From contig MU004182.1 in the NCBI GenBank assembly GCA_010093605.1, positions 2,775,195-2,839,194 of the forward strand: 64,000 nt of DNA, in the 5' to 3' direction. The notes under the pieces are model-generated. The model was not told the origin of the DNA. It ran no database searches and was given only the letters and a program-made list of their open reading frames with translations. Position numbers and translations under genes: made by a program. Position 1 is the stretch's first letter. The number at the start of each line of letters is the position of its first letter. Shown here one piece after another: positions 50,300-61,865 of this stretch. Source of the stretch: Lophium mytilinum. Lineage: Eukaryota.

Positions 50300-52080
50300 C
50301 TTTAATAGAAAGTAGTATAGATACTATCTAAGGCTAAAAAGTTAACTAAGGCTAAGAAGCTAGCTAAGGCTTAGAATAAGCGCTATTATAATACTGCGTA
50401 GCCCCTTTCTCTAGTACTATCTTCTTTTTAAATACTTTATTCTTTATACTAGGTAGCTAGCTATACTTTTTAAATATAGTAGTAGATATAGTAGTAGATA
50501 TAGGTATAAATATAGTAGTAGAAAGAGGCCTAGATATTACTATATAGTTAAACTTAGGTAGATTAGTAAGTAAATTATTAAATTCTATAATAGCTAGTAT
50601 AGTAGCTAACTAAGAAGTACTCTAAGTAATAGAAGCTAGATAGGGGGCTATAAAAATAGGCGGTTCTAGTAGTAGAACTATTAGCGTATATTCTATAGAT
50701 ATATTTATAGGTCTAGCTACTATATCTATATTTATAGTAATTTTAAATCTTAATAGCTTTTACTATATATTATTATATATATAATAGCCTCTCCTTATAA
50801 TAGTAGGCTAGCCGCGCTAGTACTTAATAATAGTAGAATTCTCTATATCCTTAAAAGGCCTAAAAGAAATAGCTAGCTAATATTCTTCTAGCTAAATAAA
50901 CTACTAATAGTAATCTATTTCTTCTAGTTATATATAGAGCACTAGATCTAGCTAATTTATAAGCGCTTAGTATAGAGAATTATATAGTTTATATATATAT
51001 AGAATACTATAGATAGACTTAAATATTTAAGTATAATTAAGTAGGTTATATTTATTTAATTTAGCCTTTTAGAGCTACTTCTTAAGAAGAATAAGCGCCT
51101 ATAATATTACCTTTTAATATAGGTTATAGAATTTAGGTTCTTTAATATTATATAGAGTATAGGTATAATATCTAGCTATTTTATCTCTAAACTTAGACCT
51201 AGAGTTAAGAATAAGATTCTATATATTAAGAAGAATATTAAATAGATAGCTAGTTAATATTTAAAGAAAGCTCTTAAGTAGGCTATATAAGCCCTTATTT
51301 TATAATATAACTCTATAAGAAATTAAATTAGTATAATATATCTCTACTACTTTTTTATTTCTTAGTTATTCTTTAAGCTATACTCTTATTCTCTTTAGTA
51401 CTACTTATTTAGTATATAAGTAGACCCTATATAAAGTTTAGGCATTTAATTTAAATATTTTAGTATTAAGAAAAATTACTTATATAGTACTAAAGTACTA
51501 TACCTTATAAATATAGTAGGTAGCCTAATTCTATCTATATAGCTACTACTTATTCTCTATATATATTACTAGATTAGGGCGCTTTTTATAGTTATTAAGT
51601 AGCTTTTTCTAAGCCTTATTAAATTAAGCTATAACTTCTAGCTTTATTATAGTAGTCTAATAGGTAAGAAACTACTCTTTTTTCTTCTATTTCTTCTTCT
51701 AAATAGCTTTCTTCTCTTTATTTAATATAGGTATAGGTAGCGCGCTATCTATAGTATATATAGGTTCCTCCTTATATATTTTAGCTAGTTTAGTAATAAT
51801 ATTTTTTTTAATATACTATATATAGAAAAGGCGTGTAACTATAAGCTATTATTAATATAGTATATTTTTTAGAGCTTATTTTTTATCTATTAAGAAAATA
51901 TATAGAATAAGAGAATAGTGCTTAAAGAGCTTAAAGAGCTATAGTACTACATAGTTATAGTTTATCTTCTTCTCTTTTAGTAGAAAATAATAGGTAATTT
52001 TAAAGTTATTACTAGTATATATAACGCTAGTAATATATAAAAAGAGTATACTAAATTATTAGGGCTTAAGGTTAGAACGT
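50300..52080 (-). mobile_element. RIP-inactivated Mutator-like (MULE) transposase relic, 5' truncated
   Basis: Minus strand reads IDKK*ALKNIL...RLFYI*YIKKN (about TDKEQALKNAL...LFCIWHIKKN), NKGLYSLLK (about EGSHSLLK), and decayed GIPCxH-like and RGRP motifs. Confidence 0.7.
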
Positions 52081-52086
52081 TAGAAT

Positions 52087-52256
52087 TGTTAGATTAAATA
52101 GTATTAATATTAACAAAAGATAAATATAAGAGAGGAAGAGGTTTCTAGGATAAATATTATAATAACCTAAAGGGCGGAGTAATATTTACCCGTTCTATAG
52201 AGCCTCTATTACGTAACCTCTAGTTACGTGTTATGCGTAATTATATGGCTATAATA
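52087..52256 (-). repeat. Putative 3' LTR (~170 bp) with an adjacent polypurine tract
   Basis: Bounded by TGTTAG...ATAATA (RIP of TAACA). Followed on the plus strand by cgtctcccccctct, which is the PPT on the minus strand. Confidence 0.7.
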
Positions 52257-52472
52257 CGTCTCCCCCCTCTAAAGAAGCCCCCTAATTAAAGCTTTTATAA
52301 GAGAGAGTCCTTTCTATACTAGAGTATCTATACCCGCTTAAATATCTATTAAATAAAGTGCCGATTTATGCTTTAGCCGTAAGTAAATAAAGAAAATAAA
52401 TTAATTTATAGAGGATTACTTATCCTTTCTATTTTAGTGCAGCCTACTATAGCCTTACTATTTTAGTGCAGT

Positions 52473-52535
52473 AGTATTACTATGCGTAGTATTACTATGC
52501 GCAGTATTACTATACATAGTATTACTATGCGCAGT
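52473..52535. repeat. 15-bp tandem repeat, about 4 copies, in the gypsy 3' region
   Basis: agtattactat(g/a)c(g/a)(t/c) units. Confidence 0.8.
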
Positions 52536-55500
52536 CTTATAAAGAGTAGCCTTATTTATTTAAACTAGGGCCGGCTATAATAGAGCTATAAGAAGCTATA
52601 TAGCCTTTATAGCTACTATTCTACTACTAGGTACTTATAATAATCTATACTATTATATTATATAATTATTGCGCACGTCCGCAGTTAGGCCTCCTTAATA
52701 AATTAATTTAACCGCCGGTCTAGTAATTAAATTATATAGCTTTTGCAGTATTAGTTATATAGAGGTTTATAGCGGCAAGAATAGTAGCTAAGGTCGGCTT
52801 CTAGTCTAATAGTGGTCTAAATAAGGAATAAGGGCCTAGTTTCTTTAGGTATTAGTAGTGGAAGTCTACTATAAGGTATAGATAACTATTAGCGCAATTA
52901 TAGTTATTCTATTAGGGTTTATTATTCTATCTAATAAACTTAATCTTATATTATAGCATGCCTCTCTTACTAGTACTTAGATTAAGGCGTCTTCTATCTA
53001 GGCGGGAATTAATAACTTTCTTAGCGTCGCCTTTCTAGTATATAGGCGTAGTTTAAATAGATAGAGGCTTAGGATTATATTATCCTTTTATAGGAATAGC
53101 GTTAGCTAGGTAAAGAAGCTAAGAATAGAATACTAGGTATAAATTCTCTATACCTTTAGGTAAGTTAAGCTTATAGGTACTACTATTTTTATAGCTCTTA
53201 AGGATTCTAAAGGGGCCTAGCTTTTTAAAGTTAAGTTTCTTATTTAGGCGGTTTATTTTAATAAACCGTCTATTAAGTATAACTTAATTACCTAGATAAT
53301 ATATATAAGCTAGGCGTTGTCCTGCATTAGTATATTTCTTTTACTTAGCCTAGGCCCATTTAATTTCTATATAGAGGAACGCGCGTAACTTATCTATTTT
53401 ATTAATAAATTTATCCGCAAGTTTTATAAGATAAACTATTAGTGCGTTTACGTTTATATTTATATTTACGTCCTTAGATAATCGCGCGGCTAGCGCGGTG
53501 CCTATACTAGAAATATAGCCCTTAGTAGCTATAAAGGGCGCCACTCTAGTAGAGGCGTTCTTAGATAAGTTAGCCTTAAATTTAGCAACCGCGAGGAAGT
53601 TAACCTAGTTATTTTGCTAGTAGTTAATATACGCTTAAAGGTACTACTTTAGGCCTATATTAGTAATTTCCATTTAACTATCTATTTCTAGATAAAAGAT
53701 AGTAGAAAGTTTTAGTTTTATTCTAATATATTTATATAGGTAAGACTAGAAAGTTAAGATAAATTATAATTCTTAGTTAGAAATAATAGACTATAGGTAT
53801 TCTTTAGTGCACTATATCTATTTAAGGAAGGCTTAGGCTACTTTCTTAGCGTCTATTATTACTATTAGAATAAACTTACGCATCTTAGAAAGCCTATTAA
53901 CAACTACTATAATATATTAATAGTCTTGTCTAAATTATATATAGATTAGTAGGAGTCTAATAAAATTAACTATAAGATTAGTCTAATACCGTTTAGAAAT
54001 TAAAAGCAGCTTAAGAAAGCCTTATTTTACTTTACGCGCGTGCTTAATCTAATTACATAGCTAATAGGCTTTAATGTAATAATTAATATTAGATATTATT
54101 TATAGCTAAAAGTAGTATATTAAAATATAGTTATAAGTAGATATAGTTCTACTGTAGCCGACTAGCGGAGGTTTATATAGATTTTTAATAATAGCTAATT
54201 AGAGTTCCTCTTTAGTAGGAATATATAATTAGTTCTTTTAAATAAAAATAAGGCTGTTATAGATTATATAGTTATAGAGTTTAAGCTTAACGCCGTAATT
54301 TTTAACTATATTAGTAGGCAGGCGGCGTAGCTTAGCTCTAATAGCGTCTTTAATAGTGTTAGTAATAGTATTATTAATAAGGGCCTCTTATATGTAATCT
54401 ATAATATCTTACTCTATAGCACTATTAGTAGGGCTATTCTTTAACTCCCCCTATCTATTTAGTAACTTCTATAGTTTATTATTAAGGTTACTCTAAGACT
54501 CCCCTTAATTAAGTTCTACTTTACTAAGGTTATATATTATTGCTGCAAGGGAGACTATATTATAAGTTACGCCGTTAGTTATAATATAAGCTAGTTTAAT
54601 AGCGTAATGTATTTCTAGTTTAAGATTATAGTCTTTTAAGATAGTCTATTACTAAACCTTATAGCGCTTATTATTTTTATCTAGTATATTACCTAGGCGC
54701 CTAGTTAGTAAATTAGCCTTACTATTATCCTTACCTAGCCTATATATAATCCGGAAGTTAAATTTAAAGAGAAATTTAGCCTATCTAGCTTATTATTAGT
54801 TAAGCTGCTTAGTCTCTATAAAGTATTATAGGGTCTAGTAATCTAAAAGAACTTTAATAGAATTACTATACCTATAGCTAGTAAGTTCTATACGCTATTT
54901 CTTAAAGGCGCATATAATTGCTAGAAGTTCTTTATTATAGATTTAATAGTTAAGCTAGGCTGCGCTTATCTAATAAGATATAAAGGTAACTAGATAGAGG
55001 ACGCCGTCTTATATTTAGGATAGTATAGTAGCTATAATAGTATTAGATATATTATATTCTACCCACGTCTCTAGGTCTAGATTAAAGTAGGCTATCTAAG
55101 GAGCGTTAATAAACGCTTATTTTATTTATTTAAAGGAGAAGTCCTTTAAGCTACCTTCTTACTATAGAAAGGTAAACTACTTATAGACCTCTACCCTAGT
55201 AAGTCTTATAAGGGGTCCTGCGATATTAGAGTAGGCAATAATAAATTACTAGTAGAAGTTATAGAAGCCTAGAAAAGCTTATATATTACAGAGGTTCCGT
55301 AGTTATAGCTAGTTAATAACTATATTAACCTTAGCTAGATCTATTTTAAGGCTATTAACGCTAATAATAATGCCTAGATACTTAACCTCTTATTTATAGA
55401 ATTTATATTTAGTAATATTAAGGAATAGGCCTACCTTATAGAGTTACTAGAGGACCTTCTTAATGTGGCCTACGTGCTCCTCTAATGTCTCGCTAAAAAT

Positions 55501-58500
55501 AAGAATATTATTAAGATAAGCTGTATAGAAATTATCTAAGTATTCTAAGAGGATATTATTAATAAAGGCTTAAAACGTTGCTAGGGCATTATATAAGCTA
55601 AAGGGTAGGATAGTAAACTTAAATAGGCTGTATCTTATAAGAAACGCTGTGTACTTTTTATTGCCTTCTTATATTCTAATAGTGTTAAAAGTAGTAATAA
55701 TATTAAACTTTATATAGTATTAAGCATACTTTAGAAGTGTAAGAGTATTCTTTATAGCGGGAGGTATATTACGGGCTTTAATAGTAACTATATTAAGTCT
55801 ATAGTAGTTAATATAGATGTGGAGGCCTCCCCTAGGTTTATAAATAATAATAACTAGAGCAGTATACTAACTATTACTTTTTTTAATATAGCCTTTACTA
55901 TATATTTTATTAATAAATATTTTAATAACTAGTATCTTATCCTATAAGAGTCTATAAACTTTACGCGCTAGTACCTTTATCCCGGGTTTAATATTAATAT
56001 AGTAGTTAATATTAGTATTATCTTTTACTTTATAACGCAGTAGTAGCTTATTAGCTTCTTTTAGGTTCTATATATTAAGGAAGCCGTAATATTCTATAGG
56101 TACTAATGCTTTAAGTTTATTGCGGGTTATTAGTTTACGCTCTATCTTCTTAAAGAACTTCCGTTAGTTATCTTTTAATATAGTGTAGAGACTAATAGCT
56201 GCTAGGTTATTAGTAAAATTAGCTAAACCTAAGATAATATTACTAGATTTATACAGGCGTCTATTAGCGCGCGCTTAAGCTTTAGCTTTCTTATTAGTAA
56301 GTATAAGCTTAAAGTGTTTAGGCTATATATAGATAGTATCTTTCTCTAGTAACTACTAGAAGTTATATAAATACTCTTTACTAGATACTATATTAATATT
56401 AAGTACTTTAAAAGCAGTAAGCTAAGCATTAAGTTTCTACTTAAATAGGCGCTTGCTAGTGCGGGTAACAGGGTCTTTAAACTAGATATAGACTAGTTTA
56501 TAATTAACTAGATATTAAGAATAGTAGTAGTTTAAATCTAGCTGCATTATTTAGGTGCTAAACTTTATATAGGCGTCGTGTATTATAAGCTAGCCTATGC
56601 CTAAAATAATATTATAGCCCTTAAGGTTGTAGATTAGAGCCTAGAACTTATTATAGTGGCCTTTAATCTATATAGTAACTTTAGCTGCTTTATTAATAAC
56701 TAACGTAGAACTATTTAGTAGTTTAATATTATATAGAGTAGCTTTATAGATATTAAGCTTATACTATTTTATAAAGCTTATAGAAATAAATATAAAGCCG
56801 CTATATCTAGAATCTATAAAAATAGTTAATTTAACTATTCTAGTTAAAGTAATAATCTTATAGTTAAAGTCTATTTATTTACTAGAGAGAGAAGTAAGAC
56901 TAATAGCGCATGTAGATAGCTTAATATTAGGTGGTTTTAGAGGAGGTAGCTTAAGTTCTTAAATGCGTATAAGAACTTAAGCTAGCGTATCTTCTAACTA
57001 TCTCTAACAACAACTTTTATTAGAGATTACGCGTTTTCTAACTTATTAAAATAGATAGCTTTATTATTATCTTAGTCTTAGTTATACTTATATTTATACT
57101 TATACTAGCACTCCTAATTACTACTATAGTTAAATGCATTAAGTTTAATACTATTAATGCTAGCGGTAGTAAGGCGCTTATTACGCTAAGCCTCTAATAT
57201 AGTCTTTCTAGCTATAGCGCATTTAGAGTTGCTAGCATAGTAGTTCTTCTTAAAGTAGCTAAAGTAATATTCTTTCTTACTAAGATGTAAGCAAATATAT
57301 AGTAGGACGCTTAGTAATAAGACTATAGTAGTCTTTTTAACTATAATACAGTTATTAGTCTTAGTAATAGACTACTCTTATTAGACGCAGTTTAAATTAT
57401 AATAGCTGTTCTACGCATATACATTATTAAGGCGGCGTGCTAAAATCTATGCAGTAAGAAGTTTTTTATTAGCTTATTTTTCGCGTTAAATATAATAATA
57501 GTCCTTATATAGAATATTATCTTTTATCTAGTACTAGGTTAATAATCTAAAGTTAATATATTTAGCGAAATCTATGCGTAGTGTTTTCTTAAGGTAATAG
57601 TATTAAGTTGCAAGGCTGTTATTAATTTTACTGTACTTAAGCCCGTTAAGAACTATATTAAGGCGTTATAGAAAGTTAGATATCTTTTTATTATATTACT
57701 ATTTTATGCCCTTACTATTAAGCTAGTTAAGAAGGTAATTATAATAAACTACGTTACTCTTTTAGAATATAGCGTCTAGGTCTTAGATAAGTTCCTTAAG
57801 TAATTAGTACGGGTTAGTAGATATAAGAAAACTATAGTCTTCTATAACCTTATATGCACGCCCCTTATAGTAGCTAACAGCAAGCTAAATTTAGGTTATA
57901 GTTATAGGGTAAGTCTATTAGTCTACTTAGACTAAGTAGATTAGGTAGTTCTTCTATACTATATATACTATAGCCCCTAATTTAAAATTCTATAGGTATA
58001 TATACTTAGGGCGAGGGCCTTATTATTATCTATATTAAGGATAGATAGGTCTAAATACCTATAGCTAAGTAAAACCGCCTAGTTAGCTTAGGTTTAGGTT
58101 ATCTCTACCTCTACCTCCTATATTAGTAAAGTATTAGCCTAGAATGCAATTATATTAGAAGTTATCTAGGTTAATAGTATATAGTCCTACTAGTGGCAAA
58201 GAAGAGGCATTATTAGTAGAGTTATAATTAGTAGGCTATTTATTAGGTTATTCTACTAATATCTTCTACTAGAGTTAAGCTTTAAGCTAGGTAATTTATA
58301 TTAAGGCTTATTAGTATTTAGCTTCTAGATTATTAAGCTAGAGGGTTTAGGCTTAGAAGTTAGCGTGCTTTTTATTATATAGATAACGGACGCGGGCTAA
58401 CTCTATTTATTTAGACTTAAGTTTATAGTTAAGAGTATAGACTTATATCTAGAGCTTAGTAAGTTTACTATTAGTAAGTAAATATTTCTTATTTAGCTCT

Positions 58501-59877
58501 TTAACGGTAGTATTAGCTATATCCTATTCTTAGGTGGCGATATTTATCCTATACTTATAGTTATTACTATCTTAGTAAGCTAGTATAATGCAGTTCTACT
58601 ATTATTCTAGTATAAGTTAAATGTCTTTAATAAGGTCTTATAGACCTTATAGTTTATATTATTAGTAGACGCCTTCTCTATAGCGCATCTTAAAGATAGA
58701 GCCGTTAGCGCGCTATATAATTATAAGATATAACCGCTAATAGTTCTCTACGCATATTATAGTATAGTGCCTACTACTCTATTCTATGCCCGCTACTTAC
58801 TAGGCTAGGTTAGAAGTATTAAGTCTAGTAATAGATTTAATATAGGTAGATTAGTATTATAATAGAGATATATTAGGTAAGGAAATACTATAAATAGGTA
58901 GTATTCTTAGATATTTAGAGTTGCGGGACTAATATAGCTTAGAAACGGTATTATAGTACGCCGTGGCGTTAGAAGTATTAATAGTAACGCCTTAGTAAGC
59001 GGTTTTAAGCTTATTAACTTTATTATCCGCGTTATTACTAAACTAATATTCCTTCTCTTAACGGTCGTGTTTATCGGCTAAATTAAAGTTAGAGGAGGAG
59101 TCCTTATTATAAGTAGTAGTTATATTATTAAGGCCGGCAGTTATATTATTAAGGCCTGCTATTATATTCTTAAGTTCTTTAGATAAATTAAAGTTGCCTA
59201 GTATATAGCTACTAACGCAGGAAAGCGGAAGTATAGTCTTCTCTATAGTTAGAGAAGCTAGACTAACTAGTAGAGGCTTGCCTATAGTACTAAACTTATT
59301 CTAATAATATTAGAGGTTAGCTAGTATTACTAGAGGGACTAGTCTAATAGATAGAGCTAATTAAGAAGTAGTAGCTAATATCTGCGACTAGAATTAAGTT
59401 ACTTAAAAGGGTAGATTTGCTAGCTAAATAAAAGAAGGCTGCAGGCCGTAATTAATCTATATTATATTATTATTATTATCTTCTATAAGAAGGTGCTATA
59501 GGTTTAGGGCGCCTTCTTAATATAATATAATGCGGCGGGGGTTAATAGAAATACTATTAGCGTTACTAAATAGGCGTCTAGTAGTAGAGCGTCTACTAGA
59601 GACAGAGTTACTAAACTATAGAGCTTTAGCGCGGTTAAAAGTATAGCGGTTAGGGTTAGCTATATAAAAAGGTAGAAAAAGTTAATATAGAAGAAAGAAA
59701 ACTTAAAGAGGCGAGGTATTAAATTTATGTGCAAGAACCTATTAAATTTAGATTATTTACTACGCGCTCTTAAAGGCGTAGAAGGTTTAAGAGGGTAGTA
59801 CTAGTAGCACTAGTTACGCCTAGCTGCGGAACTGCCTAGGGGGTTATAGTAAATAATAAGTTTAGTATTTATAAGGT

Positions 59878-60118
59878 ATAGGTAGTATATAGAAAATAGG
59901 TAGTATATAGAAAATAGGTAGTATATAGAAAATAGGTAGTATATAGGTACTTATTCTATAATACTAGGTATATACTTAGGCTTACTATTATTAATACTAA
60001 GCTTTCCGGGCGTTAGTCTCTATATAGTAATAGTAATTAATTAGTAACGCTAGGCGCGCGCACACGCTATTATTAATACTAAGCTTTCCGGGCATTAGTC
60101 TCTATATAGTAATAGTAA
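59878..60118. repeat. 18-bp tandem repeat (ataggtagtatatagaaa, about 3.5 copies) and a 52-bp direct repeat (59985 and 60067)
   Basis: ctattattaatactaagctttccgggc(g/a)ttagtctctatatagtaatagtaa occurs twice. Confidence 0.85.
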
Positions 60119-60349
60119 AGTAGATAGAAGAAAAAGTTATAGAGCTATTAAAGTAATAGATAAGAATTTATAAGGACTTTCTAGGGTACTACTACTACCC
60201 CTCTATTATAGGGGCTTATTATAAGCGCTGCTATAGTTATAAGGTCTACTATCTAGCTTTATATATAATAGCTGGATTACTTTATTAGGGGCCCGCGGCG
60301 CTGCTAATGGGTATACACAATACTACTGCCACTAGTAATAATACTATTA

Positions 60350-61500
60350 ATGGTAGTAATACTAGTAGTAATAGAAATAATAGAATTTAATAGTAATTAC
60401 TAGCTAATATTAAATATACTAATAAAACTAAGCTATACTAAGCTAAAACTAGTAAAATTAGCTTATTTTATATAGCTACTAGCTTAGTAATATATATAAA
60501 TAGTAGAAAAGTTAATAGTAATAATAAGCTAATACTAAGCTTACTAATAAAACTATACTATAATAAGTAACTACTAGTAGTAATACTTAGAAAAAGAAAA
60601 AGATTAACTAGTAGTAATACTAGTAGTAATAGAAAAGTAAATAGTAGTAATAGAAAAGTAAATAGTAGTAATAGAAAAGTAAATAGTAGTAATAGAAATA
60701 ATAAGATTTAATAGTAATAAGAAGTTATTATTAAGTATACTAATAAACCTAGGCTATATTAAGTTATAACTACTAGAAATAGTTTATTTTATATAGCTAC
60801 TAGCATAGTAATAGTACTAAATAATAATAAAAGTACTTAGTAGTAGAAAAATTAAACGGTAGTAATAGAAATACTAGGATATAATAATAATTACTAGCTA
60901 ATATTATATATACTAGTAAAACTAAGCTATAATAAGTAGTAACTAGTATAATAAGCTTATAATATATAGATACTAGCTTAGTAATATACCTAAATAGTAA
61001 AAAAAGTACTAAATAATAGAAAAAGTAACTAGTAGTAATACTGGTAGTAATAGATATAATAAGATATACTTACTAATACTAACTATTACTAAGCTTACTA
61101 GTAGTACTAAGCCATAATAAGTTATAACTAGTAGATTTATCTTATAATATATAGCTACTAGCCTAATAATAATACTAAATAGTAATAAAATAGAAAATAG
61201 TAGTAAAAGTAACTAGTAGTAATAGAAATAATAAGATATACTTATAAATACTAACTAATACTAAGTCTAATAGTAAGACTAATCTATAGAAAGTAATAAA
61301 TAGTAGAGTTTAGCTATAATATATAGCTATTTACTTAGTAGTAATACTTAATATAAATAGAAGTAAAAGTAACTAGTAGTAATATAAATAATAAAATATA
61401 CTTATACTATATACCTAATACTAAGTCTACTAGTAATACTTACCTATACTAAGTAGTAGTAGAATAATTTTATAATATAAAGCTAGTAGTAAGAAATAAT
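60350..61500. repeat. Degenerate ~160-190-bp tandem array, about 6 units, with an internal 21-bp repeat
   Basis: The anchor agtagtaatagaaataata...tatatagctactagc recurs near 60365, 60685, 60860, 61045, 61216 and 61376. agtagtaatagaaaagtaaat is repeated at about 60622-60690. Confidence 0.75.
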
Positions 61501-61865
61501 AATAAAATATAGATATATAATATAAATAACTACTTAGTAATAATATTAGTCTATATTTTAACTATTAATAGCTTATATCTTATTAATTAGCGCCTCTAAG
61601 TAAAATATATATACTAGATATAAAGTTAATAGTACTCTAAACTCTAAAAATATATAGTTAGTAGTTAGTAAATAGAAATAGAATATATAAGTATAATAGC
61701 TTAAATTAAAAATCTATTTAAACTATATACTAGTTTTTTTTTCTTTCTTATAAAAACTTCTAGAAAAGTACTCTCTAACGCCTTAATAGTAATATAACCC
61801 TAAACTAAACCTTTAACTATATAGAATAAACTCTAATACTAAGTAGTTTTTAGAACTACTATATA

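Larger units (their letters stand above)
52087..58700 (-). mobile_element. RIP-inactivated Ty3/gypsy LTR retrotransposon (gag-PR-RT-RH-INT)
   Basis: RT LPFSLYNALATF*...[11 protein letters not shown] (YLDD->YLNN at 55507-55518), RNase H IYNKELLAI near 54930, protease IDSRYSG near 56800, decayed CCHC knuckle near 57250. The 5' boundary is uncertain. Confidence 0.88.

Noticed and set aside
53350..53544. 64-aa ORF in the AT block (also the 62089-62271 plus-strand ORF)
   Set aside because: The first is a residual fragment of the gypsy pol region; the second is antisense to the YR-like ORF.
59648..59659. ggttagggttag telomere-like motif
   Set aside because: Only about two units; expected by chance.
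58700..59870. RIP-mutated segment upstream of gypsy gag
   Set aside because: Could not be assigned by eye to a 5' LTR or to any protein family.
60350..61500. Possible CRISPR-like array
   Set aside because: Eukaryotic context, degenerate full-length units without unique spacers, and no cas genes.
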